Below are positions 56,455-64,000 of a stretch of 64,000 nucleotides of DNA, in pieces. A program made the position numbers and the translations under genes. Position 1 is the first letter of the stretch; each line of letters begins with the position of its first letter. Under the pieces are notes generated by a model. That model ran no database searches, had not been told where the DNA came from, and saw nothing but the letters and a program-made list of their open reading frames with translations. Origin of the DNA: an uncultured Candidatus Micrarchaeota archaeon (lineage in GTDB: Archaea; Micrarchaeota; Micrarchaeia; Anstonellales; Bilamarchaeaceae); the NCBI GenBank assembly GCA_963714085.1, contig OY970229.1, positions 128,001-192,000 of the forward strand, read 5' to 3'.

Positions 56455-57552
56455 CTCAACACAAAACAGCTCGGTAGGACGTGCAAGGCGACCATCTTCG
56501 GCTTTTCTCTTTCGCTCATGGTCGCGGGATACCATCCGATGGCGGAGGCCAGGCAGCCGGACGCGGCGGCCGCAGAGCGGCCGGGCAAGGCTGTTTCAGA
56601 CAGCGCGCTGCGACGTGGCATTGAATCACTCGAACGTCAGCGGCGTCAGCGAGCTAGGAATAGGGCTTCAGACAGCGCGCTGCTCCATGCCATTGAATCA
56701 CAGGATATGGAAGGAGCCAGATCCGCGATCACGGCCGGGGCGGATGTGAACGCAAAACACAAAAACGGCTGGACCGCGCTCATGGTTGCTGCATTGAAAG
56801 CGGGCACAGAGATGGTCAGGCTGCTGGTGGATAAGGGCGCTGATGTGAATGCAAAGGACAGCGGCAACAATGGCTGGACCGCGCTCATGATTGCTGCATC
56901 GAAAGGGGACACAGAGACGGTCAGGCTGCTACTGAAGAAGGACGCTGATGCGAATGCAGAGGATAACGACAGCGGCTGGACCGCGCTCATGTATGCTGCA
57001 TCGCATGGGCACACAGGAACGGTCAGGCTGCTCCTGGAGAAGGGCGCTGATGTGAATGAATCGGTCCACGGCGGCGTGACCCCGCTCATGTATGCTGCAT
57101 GGCATGGGCGAACAGAGATAGCCAGGTTGCTCCTGGAGAAGGGCGCTGATGTGAATGCGAGGGACAACGACGAGTCAACCGCGCTCGTATGGGCTGCACG
57201 GTTTGGGAGAACGGAAATAGCCAAACTGATCCTAGATAAGGGCGCTGATGTGAATGCGAAGGACAAAGACGGCGAGACCGCGCTCATGCATGCTGCAACA
57301 AATAGGCGAACGGAAACAGCCAAACTGCTTCTAGATAGGAGCGCTGATGTGGATGCGAAGGACAAAGACGGCGGGTGGACCGCGCTCATGCATGCTGCAT
57401 CGGCAGGAGCCACAGAAATAGCCAAGCTGCTCCTGAAGAAGGGCGCTGATGTGAACGCGAAGGGCGACCACGGCAATACCGCGCTTGATATGGCCATAGA
57501 AAACAATCACACGGAAACCGCCAACCTTCTGCGCGCGAAGATGGCCAAGTGA
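56452..57552 (+). CDS. Exported ankyrin-repeat protein, array member 2
   Basis: Signal ...VAGYHPMAEA; about 8-9 ANK repeats; ends LLRAKMAK. Confidence 0.92.
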   Translation: MLNTKQLGRTCKATIFGFSLSLMVAGYHPMAEARQPDAAAAERPGKAVSDSALRRGIESLERQRRQRARNRASDSALLHAIESQDMEGARSAITAGADVNAKHKNGWTALMVAALKAGTEMVRLLVDKGADVNAKDSGNNGWTALMIAASKGDTETVRLLLKKDADANAEDNDSGWTALMYAASHGHTGTVRLLLEKGADVNESVHGGVTPLMYAAWHGRTEIARLLLEKGADVNARDNDESTALVWAARFGRTEIAKLILDKGADVNAKDKDGETALMHAATNRRTETAKLLLDRSADVDAKDKDGGWTALMHAASAGATEIAKLLLKKGADVNAKGDHGNTALDMAIENNHTETANLLRAKMAK

Positions 57553-57676
57553 ACTCGCCCGTCAGACCTGCGAAAGGCTCCTGAAGCTTCGCGCCATCGT
57601 GCAGCGGCGGTCCTGGCTACACACGAAATCGCAAAGGGCACAACTCTTAAAAAACATCCCCAGCAACATAAGTGCC

Positions 57677-58651
57677 ATGCTCAACACAAAACAGCTCGGT
57701 AGGACGTGCAAGGCGACCATCGTCGGGGTTTCTCTTTCGCTCATGGTCGCGGGATACCATCCGATGGCGGAGGCCAGGCAGCCAGACGCGGTGGCCGTAG
57801 TGCAGCCGGACAAGGCCGTTTCAAACAGCGCGCTGTTCCGTGCCATTGAATCACGGGATGTTGAACAAGTCAGATCCGCGATCGCGGCCGGGACGGATGT
57901 GAACGCAAAAAGACATGGCACGACCGCGCTTGAGAGTGCTGCATGGGACGGGCAAACAGAAACGGTCAGGGTGCTGCTGGAGAATGGCGCAAAAGTGAAT
58001 GCTGACTCAGGCGGCGCGCTCAGGGGCGCTGCAGGGAATGGGCACACAGAAACGGTCAGGCTGCTGCTGGAGAATGGCGCAAAAGATGCTAGCTCAGGCG
58101 GGACCGCGCTCATGGAAGCTGCATATGATGGGCGAAAAGAAGCCAGGCTGATATCTTTTCGTCCGCTTTTTCCTCTATTACGGAATTACCACCGGGCATA
58201 TAATGGGCGAACAGAGATAGCCAAGCTGTTACTGGAAAATGGCGCAAAAGTGAATGCAAAGAATGGCTCAGGCGCGACCGCGCTCATGATTGCTGCGCAT
58301 GAAGGGCAAACAGAAATGGCCAGGCTGCTACTGAAAAAGGGCGCTGATGCGATTGCAAAGGACAACACATACGGCTGGACCGCGCTCATGTTTGCTGCAG
58401 ATGAAGGGCAGACAGAAACAGCCAAACTGCTTCTAGGGAAGGGCTCCGATGTGGATGCAAAGGACGAACACGGCGAAACCGCGCTCATGATTGCTGCATC
58501 GAAGGGGTACACAGAAACAGTCAAGCTGCTACTGGAGAAGGGTGCCGATGTGGATGCAAAGAACGAACACGGCGAAACCGCGTTCGGTAATGCCACAAGA
58601 ATGGACCACCCTGACATCGCCGCTCTCCTGCGCGCGAAGATGGCCAAGTGA
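57677..58651 (+). CDS. Exported ankyrin-repeat protein, array member 3
   Basis: Nearly the same signal as member 2; about 7-8 ANK repeats, one interrupted; ends LLRAKMAK. Confidence 0.92.
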   Translation: MLNTKQLGRTCKATIVGVSLSLMVAGYHPMAEARQPDAVAVVQPDKAVSNSALFRAIESRDVEQVRSAIAAGTDVNAKRHGTTALESAAWDGQTETVRVLLENGAKVNADSGGALRGAAGNGHTETVRLLLENGAKDASSGGTALMEAAYDGRKEARLISFRPLFPLLRNYHRAYNGRTEIAKLLLENGAKVNAKNGSGATALMIAAHEGQTEMARLLLKKGADAIAKDNTYGWTALMFAADEGQTETAKLLLGKGSDVDAKDEHGETALMIAASKGYTETVKLLLEKGADVDAKNEHGETAFGNATRMDHPDIAALLRAKMAK

Positions 58652-58775
58652 ACTCGCCCGTCAGACCTGCGAAAGGCTCCTGAAGCTTCGCGCCATCGTG
58701 CAGCGGCGGTCCTGGCTACACACGAAATTACAACGAGCATAACTGTTAAAAGATATTCTCCGCAACATAAGTGCC

Positions 58776-59450
58776 ATGTTCAACACAAGAAGGCTAACAA
58801 TGACGTGCAAGGCGACTGTTGTCGGGGTTTCAATCGTGGTTGCTTTGTCAGGATGCCACCCGAAAACAGACAAACTGGGTCTGGCCATGGAAAACGCCAT
58901 CACTTCCGGGGATGTGAAGAAGGTCGGATCGCTGATTGCATGTTGCGTGGACGTGAATGCGAAGGACAAAGATAACCACACCGCACTCATGTATGCTGCA
59001 GAGCTTGAGCAAACAGAAACAGCCAGATTGCTCATGGAGAAAGGCGCTGACGTGAATGCGAAGGACAAAAACGGCTATACTGCGCTCATGGTTGCCGCAT
59101 TGAGAGGGCAAACAGAAACAGCCGGGCTGCTCCTGGAAAAGGGCGCTGGTGTGGATGCGAAGACCCACGACGGCTGGACTGCGCTCATGGAGACCGCATG
59201 GTTTGGGCAAACAGAAACAGCCAAACTGCTACTGGAGAAGGGTGCGGATGTGAATGCGAAGGACAACTACGACTGGAACGCACTCATGGTTGCTGCGGAG
59301 TATGGGCGTACAGAAACGGTCAGGCTGCTACTGAAGAAGGGTGCTGATGCGAATGCCAAGGATATCAGTAGCAAAACCGCTCTCGATATCGCCGTAAAAT
59401 ATAGCTACGCTGAGATCGCCGACCTTCTCCGCGCGAAGATGGCCAAGTGA
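58776..59450 (+). CDS. Ankyrin-repeat lipoprotein, array member 4
   Basis: Lipobox LSGC; about 5-6 ANK repeats; ends LLRAKMAK. Confidence 0.92.
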   Translation: MFNTRRLTMTCKATVVGVSIVVALSGCHPKTDKLGLAMENAITSGDVKKVGSLIACCVDVNAKDKDNHTALMYAAELEQTETARLLMEKGADVNAKDKNGYTALMVAALRGQTETAGLLLEKGAGVDAKTHDGWTALMETAWFGQTETAKLLLEKGADVNAKDNYDWNALMVAAEYGRTETVRLLLKKGADANAKDISSKTALDIAVKYSYAEIADLLRAKMAK

Positions 59451-59636
59451 ACTCGCCCGTCGGACTTGTGAAAACCGGCGGTGTTTGGTCGCTGCGTTTC
59501 CCATGCTCGAAACAGCCGGAACCGGGCCCGGAACGGCCTCGCCGGCGCTTCTTTGCCGCTAGTGTTGTCAATAGTAGTAAAATATATATTTATAAAGGAT
59601 TTGATGCTTATTGTATGTCATCCAAGAGGCGCGTTT

Positions 59637-60068
59637 ATGGGGGAATTAGTTCGTAGGCCAACCAAGCTGGGCGTGCGTTCGCCAGGCGCATCCTTGCCCA
59701 AAGTAGATGCGATCCTGACAAGCAGATTGCTGGATAAGAGCGCCAGCTTAGATGAGATGAGGGCCCGCATAGGAAGGAGCTTCGGGCAAGCGTTGGAGGC
59801 GGTCCCGGACGGGTACAGGCCTGCGGTCGTCGATGCCTTGGCGAACAGGCTCGCGGGCATGGCACGCGAATACGAACGCGCGCCTCAGCCGCAGAAACAG
59901 CACGCGCTGGGGACCGTTCTCATCGCGGTATGCGGTTTTTTTGATGTGGCACACCTTGCAGGGCCCCGGGATATGCCTGAATTGGTGGAGACGGTCTGCG
60001 CCACCATCCAGAATATGGTGGTGGACTTCGGCTATTTCAAGCCGCGATACGAAGGCATCAGGCACTGA
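59637..60068 (+). CDS. Hypothetical protein
   Basis: ORF from ATG 59637; TTTATAAA upstream. Confidence 0.55.
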   Translation: MGELVRRPTKLGVRSPGASLPKVDAILTSRLLDKSASLDEMRARIGRSFGQALEAVPDGYRPAVVDALANRLAGMAREYERAPQPQKQHALGTVLIAVCGFFDVAHLAGPRDMPELVETVCATIQNMVVDFGYFKPRYEGIRH

Positions 60069-60077
60069 GCCAGAAGA

Positions 60078-60128
60078 TTCTTTTCCTCTCCGTGCCTCTT
60101 GAGGGCTCGGGGGACACGAACGAGTCGC
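60078..60128. repeat. Degenerate copy of the atpD 3' region, most distal
   Basis: 16-bp exact match GACACGAACGAGTCGC (60113-60128 = 62464-62479) plus TTCCTCTC..TGCCTCTT upstream. Confidence 0.75.
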
Positions 60129-60164
60129 ATGCATTCTTAAACACTTTTATATACATTAGAATCC

Positions 60165-61055
60165 ATGAAACAGGACGTGAGGCGGGGGAAGGAAGTGACC
60201 CAGAAGCCGATGAGGCATCTGGATGCTTCGGTGATAACAGGTTTAGGAGAGAAATACCAGCCCAAAGAGACCGTCATCCCCTGCACGGGCAATGCGATAA
60301 GGTTGGGGGTCGGCGACGGAGCCGTGGGGATGACCGATCATGAGATAATGGACATCCTACGGAAAGACCGCGAATCGGCCGGGATCGACAGATTGCCCCT
60401 TAAGCAAAGAAAGACGCTTGTCGAGTTACGCATCAAATTAAGCAAAGACGGGGCCGGATCGTTCACACCGCAGGAAAGAATGTGGTTACAGCGGTCTATC
60501 CGCCCGGTCCAGGAGGCCGTCAACCCGGAAGAGAGGCAGAGGCGGGATACCCGGGTCGCCGCGTTCCTGGCGTTCTATGATGGCAAGCGATGCGATGAAG
60601 GCGTCTTGAACGATTTTTTCACCCGGGAAGCGATTGAAACGCTGGTAAGCGACGCTTCGGAGGTGCTGGGCCCGTATGGCGTCGGTGAAGAGAAGGCGCG
60701 CGGGTTCGCCCATAGGTGCGGAAGATGCTTCCTGGAGAATTGCCGCGCTATCATAGACGAAGGATTCGAAACCGGCCAGATCACGCGTTCAAACCTGGCC
60801 CGCACGTTGTTTGCCAGATATCTGAATCCGAAACACATGCTGTATTTCCTCGATTACATCCATTTCGGCACAGAGGAGCGTTTCGGCTTCAGCGGGATCC
60901 CCGAGCTGCTCGGACGCGAATTGAAAAATATGACGAAGAAAGATCCCGAAGATATCGAGGGGAAGCTGGAGACCGTCCAGTTCCCGACGAGCCTGTACGC
61001 GCTGCATATCACTGCGTTCAATCCCGGGAGGGGCGGCTCTACAGGGAACAGATAG
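60165..61055 (+). CDS. Hypothetical protein
   Basis: 296-aa ORF; TTTTATATA upstream. Confidence 0.6.
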   Translation: MKQDVRRGKEVTQKPMRHLDASVITGLGEKYQPKETVIPCTGNAIRLGVGDGAVGMTDHEIMDILRKDRESAGIDRLPLKQRKTLVELRIKLSKDGAGSFTPQERMWLQRSIRPVQEAVNPEERQRRDTRVAAFLAFYDGKRCDEGVLNDFFTREAIETLVSDASEVLGPYGVGEEKARGFAHRCGRCFLENCRAIIDEGFETGQITRSNLARTLFARYLNPKHMLYFLDYIHFGTEERFGFSGIPELLGRELKNMTKKDPEDIEGKLETVQFPTSLYALHITAFNPGRGGSTGNR

Positions 61056-61063
61056 CGTGAACG

Positions 61064-61087
61064 GCCTTGAGGGAGACGAACGAGTCG
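61064..61087. repeat. Degenerate copy of the atpD 3' region, middle
   Basis: 22/24 identical to 62455-62478. Confidence 0.8.
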
Positions 61088-61145
61088 GCCGCGGCTTGGG
61101 GAATCGTGGAGCTTACCGATCATATTTCTGTTTTTACCCTGGGCA

Positions 61146-61481
61146 TCATTTGCCAAGAATGGCCTTGACTGCGGTTTCGAGGGCAGGGAGCTTGTTCGTC
61201 ACCACATCCCAGACGATCGCCATGTCCACGGCAGCGTATTCGTGGACGAGGACGTCCCTCAGACCGGATATCTTCTTCCATTCGATGTCCGGATGCTGCT
61301 TTTTGATATCGGCTGGCACGCTTTTCGCGGCTTCGCCTATGATGAGAAGGTTTCTTATCACCGCATCAGACGTGAGGCTGTTTCCAGCGAACGCCTCGAA
61401 GTCCATGCCTTTTGAATATCTGCGTATTTTGCCTGCCGCTTCGAGGATATCCTCGAGATAGACATTATAGTCCTTGGACAT
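61146..61481 (-). CDS. HEPN (DUF86, HepT-like) toxin
   Basis: IIGEAAK, IEWKKISGLRDVLVHEY (RxxxxH). Confidence 0.92.
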   Translation of the reverse strand: MSKDYNVYLEDILEAAGKIRRYSKGMDFEAFAGNSLTSDAVIRNLLIIGEAAKSVPADIKKQHPDIEWKKISGLRDVLVHEYAAVDMAIVWDVVTNKLPALETAVKAILGK

Positions 61482-61755
61482 AAAGCGCCTCTTCTTTCAC
61501 GTAGCTGAGAGCGGGCTTCAGACTGCTTTCCATCACCAGGTCCACTTTCCGGTGGAACAGGCGTTCAAGGAAGAATTTAAGCTCCATGTAGTTGTCGAAT
61601 GTCGCGGTCCTGAAGGAGACCAGGAAATCCAGGTCGCTGCCCTTCTTCTCCGTGCCTTTGAGCACCGAGCCGAAGAGCCCTATCTGCTTGACTTCGTATC
61701 TCCTTATCTCCTCTTTGTGCTCTTCGAGCGTCTGCACTATTCGTTTCGGAGTCAT
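61465..61755 (-). CDS. Minimal nucleotidyltransferase (MntA-like) antitoxin
   Basis: GLFGS...SDLDFLV, KVDLV. Confidence 0.92.
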   Translation of the reverse strand: MTPKRIVQTLEEHKEEIRRYEVKQIGLFGSVLKGTEKKGSDLDFLVSFRTATFDNYMELKFFLERLFHRKVDLVMESSLKPALSYVKEEALYVQGL

Positions 61756-61849
61756 TGCTCGCACGCGTTTCATGGATAAAGATTGCACTTCAAGCATTAA
61801 AAAGGACTCCGGTTTCCGCTCCCGCAAGCGGGCCTTGCTTTTGCGGCGT

Positions 61850-61907
61850 TCAGCCGGCCTTCTTCTCGAGTTGCCTCTTTATTGACTTGAGGGAGACGAA
61901 CGAGCCG
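61850..61907. repeat. Degenerate copy of the atpD 3' end, proximal
   Basis: 61864-61907 is 39/44 identical to 62435-62478; TCAGCCG (stop context) also retained at 61850. Confidence 0.9.
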
Positions 61908-61994
61908 GCCGAGCATCGCTCTCGCCTTAAAGGCCAGGCCCTCGTTCACGCGCAGTGGCAACCGTTTATAATAATTCGATTCGTACTACCCTCC

Positions 61995-62405
61995 ATGAGG
62001 ATCTACATCTGCTGCAGCAAGCACTTCTACCACCTGATAGCTCCGATAAAGGGAAAGCTCGAAGAGCGGGGCCATGCGGTGACCCTTCCCAACAGCTACG
62101 ACGAGCCGTTCAAGGAGGAGGAGATGAAGAAGCAGGGGAAAGCGGCGCACGTGGCGTGGAAGGCGGGCATGATAAGGATGCAGGACCCGAAGGTGCGGGC
62201 GAATGACGCGGTGCTGGTGCTGAACTTCGAGAAAAACGGGGTCAAGAACTATATCGGCGGGGCAACTTTCCTGGAAATCTTCATGGCGTTCCAGCTCGGG
62301 AAGAGGATATTCCTCTACAACCCGGTGCCGGACAATATTTTCCGGGACGAGCTGGTCGCGATGGACCCCGTCCTGATAGAGGGGGACCTGTCGCGGATAA
62401 GATAG
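61995..62405 (+). CDS. Nucleoside 2-deoxyribosyltransferase-like small Rossmannoid protein
   Basis: IYICCS, DAVLVLN...YIG..TFLEI.MA..LGKRIF. Confidence 0.65.
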   Translation: MRIYICCSKHFYHLIAPIKGKLEERGHAVTLPNSYDEPFKEEEMKKQGKAAHVAWKAGMIRMQDPKVRANDAVLVLNFEKNGVKNYIGGATFLEIFMAFQLGKRIFLYNPVPDNIFRDELVAMDPVLIEGDLSRIR

Positions 62406-62408
62406 CCC

Positions 62409-63062
62409 TCAGCCGTTCTTCTCCTTCTTCTTCCTCTCGAGCTGCCTCTTTATTGCCTTGAGCGACACGAACGAGTCGCGCTCCATCTCGTCCAGCCTGA
62501 AGGATATCATGAGCCTGGTCTCGTCCAGCTGGGGTATGAGCACGAACTCGAGCGCATTGACTCTTCTCTTTGTCTTCTCGATCTCCACGATGAGCTTCTT
62601 CATCGCGGTCTCGCTCTCGGCCAGCTTGATGACGAGTTTGAGGACGTCGTCGAACTTCTCCACGCCCTGGTCTATCTTGGCAGAGGTCGATGCGACGGAG
62701 TAGGTCGGCAGCTCTATGAAGCGCGTGGATGCCATCTGGGTCGTCAGGTACGGTATCTTCACGCCCATGACGTTCTTGACCTCGATGTCTATGTCGATGT
62801 CCTTCCTGAGGTTGAGCGACACCGAGCCCAGCTCCCACGACGGATGATAGGTGCCGGCCAGCGATACCGCTGCGTAGCCCTCTTTCATCTTGACCCCGAG
62901 CTCGCCGCGCAGGTCCTGGGCCTTCTTGAGTATCTTGAAGAACTCCAGGATGAGCGCGTCCCTCTTCTGCTTGAGCAATTTATGCCCCTTCTTGGCCAGG
63001 GCTATGCGCTCCTTGATCTTTATGAGCTCCATGCGCGTCGGGTTGACGTCGAGTACCGCCAT
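62409..63062 (-). CDS. atpD: A/V-type ATP synthase subunit D
   Basis: VNPTRMELI, GHKLLKQKRDAL, EIEKTKRRVNALE. Confidence 0.97.
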   Translation of the reverse strand: MAVLDVNPTRMELIKIKERIALAKKGHKLLKQKRDALILEFFKILKKAQDLRGELGVKMKEGYAAVSLAGTYHPSWELGSVSLNLRKDIDIDIEVKNVMGVKIPYLTTQMASTRFIELPTYSVASTSAKIDQGVEKFDDVLKLVIKLAESETAMKKLIVEIEKTKRRVNALEFVLIPQLDETRLMISFRLDEMERDSFVSLKAIKRQLERKKKEKNG

Positions 63063-64000
63063 TATTTCTTCTCCTCCGATGGCTCGCCTTTCCGCTTCAT
63101 GTACTTGGCGATGTGCTCCTTCTTCACCCTCTTGAGCTCGCTGTCAGGCATTATGGACAGCAGGTCCCATGAGATGTCGAGCGTCTTCTCTATGTCCCTG
63201 TCCTCGTACGGCCCCTGCTGGACGAACCTCTTCTCGAAATCGTCGGCCAGGCGCAGGAACTTCCTGTCGGTTTCAGTGAGCGCCTCCTCGCCGACCACGG
63301 CCGAGAGCGACCGCAGGTCACGGCCCGCGGCGTATCCTGCGTAGAGCTGGTCGGCCACTCCCTTGTGGTCCTCGCGGGTCTTGCCCGCGCCGATGCCCAG
63401 GTTCATGAGCCTGGACAATGAGGGCAATACATCAACAGGCGGATAGATGTTCTTCCTGTGCAGGTCCCTTGAGAGGATTATCTGCCCCTCGGTGATGTAA
63501 CCCGTGAGGTCGGGGATCGGGTGCGTCTTGTCGTCCCCGGGCATGGTCAGGATGGGCAGTTGCGTCACCGAGCCCTTGCTTCCGCGCACACGCCCCGCCC
63601 TTTCATAGATGGTGGAGAGGTCCGTGTACATGTAGCCCGGATAGCCCCGCCTTCCCGGCACCTCCTGCCTCGCCGAGGATATCTCACGCAGAGCCTCGCA
63701 GTAGTTCGTGAGGTCCGTGAGCAGCACCAGCGTGTGCATCCCCATCTCGTAAGCCAGGTATTCGGCTGTGGTCAATGCGAGCCTTGGCGTGATGATGCGC
63801 TCCACAGAAGGGTCGTCGGCCAGGTTCAAAAACAGCACCGCGTTCTCCAGCGCTCCGGTCTTCTCGAAATCCCTGATGAAGAACGAGGCCTCCTCGTGCG
63901 TGATGCCTATGGCGGCGAAGATCACCGCGAACTTCTCGCCCGAACCGCGCACCTTGGCCTGCCGCGCTATCTGCACCGCCAGCTGGTTGTGCGGAAGCCC
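63062..64000 (-). CDS. atpB: A/V-type ATP synthase subunit B, 5' part outside the window
   Basis: [45 protein letters not shown]. Confidence 0.97.
   Translation of the reverse strand, partial: GLPHNQLAVQIARQAKVRGSGEKFAVIFAAIGITHEEASFFIRDFEKTGALENAVLFLNLADDPSVERIITPRLALTTAEYLAYEMGMHTLVLLTDLTNYCEALREISSARQEVPGRRGYPGYMYTDLSTIYERAGRVRGSKGSVTQLPILTMPGDDKTHPIPDLTGYITEGQIILSRDLHRKNIYPPVDVLPSLSRLMNLGIGAGKTREDHKGVADQLYAGYAAGRDLRSLSAVVGEEALTETDRKFLRLADDFEKRFVQQGPYEDRDIEKTLDISWDLLSIMPDSELKRVKKEHIAKYMKRKGEPSEEKK

Noticed and set aside
53973..59450. Diversity-generating retroelement acting on the ankyrin genes
   Set aside because: No reverse transcriptase in the window and no template/variable pair with adenine-specific differences noticed
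54917..59465. CRISPR array or classical integron attC array
   Set aside because: Repeats are ~150 bp, include coding ends and promoters and are separated by whole paralogous genes; no cas or integron integrase gene and no attC-like inverted core seen

Overview
GC-rich archaeal chromosomal window. The archaeal call rests on A/V-type ATPase B/D, TATA-type promoters, intron-containing tRNAs and archaeal mevalonate genes; a DPANN lineage such as Micrarchaeota is my inference from gene content only. Core genes include ilvE, a GT4/AglH-like transferase, class II HMG-CoA reductase, mevalonate kinase, an Aeropyrum-type modified mevalonate module (AcnX large/small, UbiD, UbiX, IPK), nth, a group 3b-like [NiFe] hydrogenase, atpB/atpD and three tRNAs (Pro-CGG and Cys-GCA with introns, Thr-GGT). 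Many accessory genes sit between them. The main signals are: (1) two tandem bacterial-type sigma-70 genes, lacking the region 2.3 tryptophans, behind archaeal TATA boxes; (2) a recurring pattern in which one- or two-gene cassettes are bounded by a 24-83 bp direct repeat, usually a copy of the neighbouring gene's 3' end (IPK, tRNA-Thr, M48 gene, atpD three times), with no integrase in the window; (3) a fluoride-riboswitch-like aptamer leading a 50-aa Cys/His microprotein, followed by a ~430-nt highly base-paired non-coding region; (4) a tandem array of exported ankyrin proteins separated by a conserved ~150-bp junction. All calls come from manual motif recognition; no searches were run. Several start codons were moved from the ORF track to the more plausible ATG.
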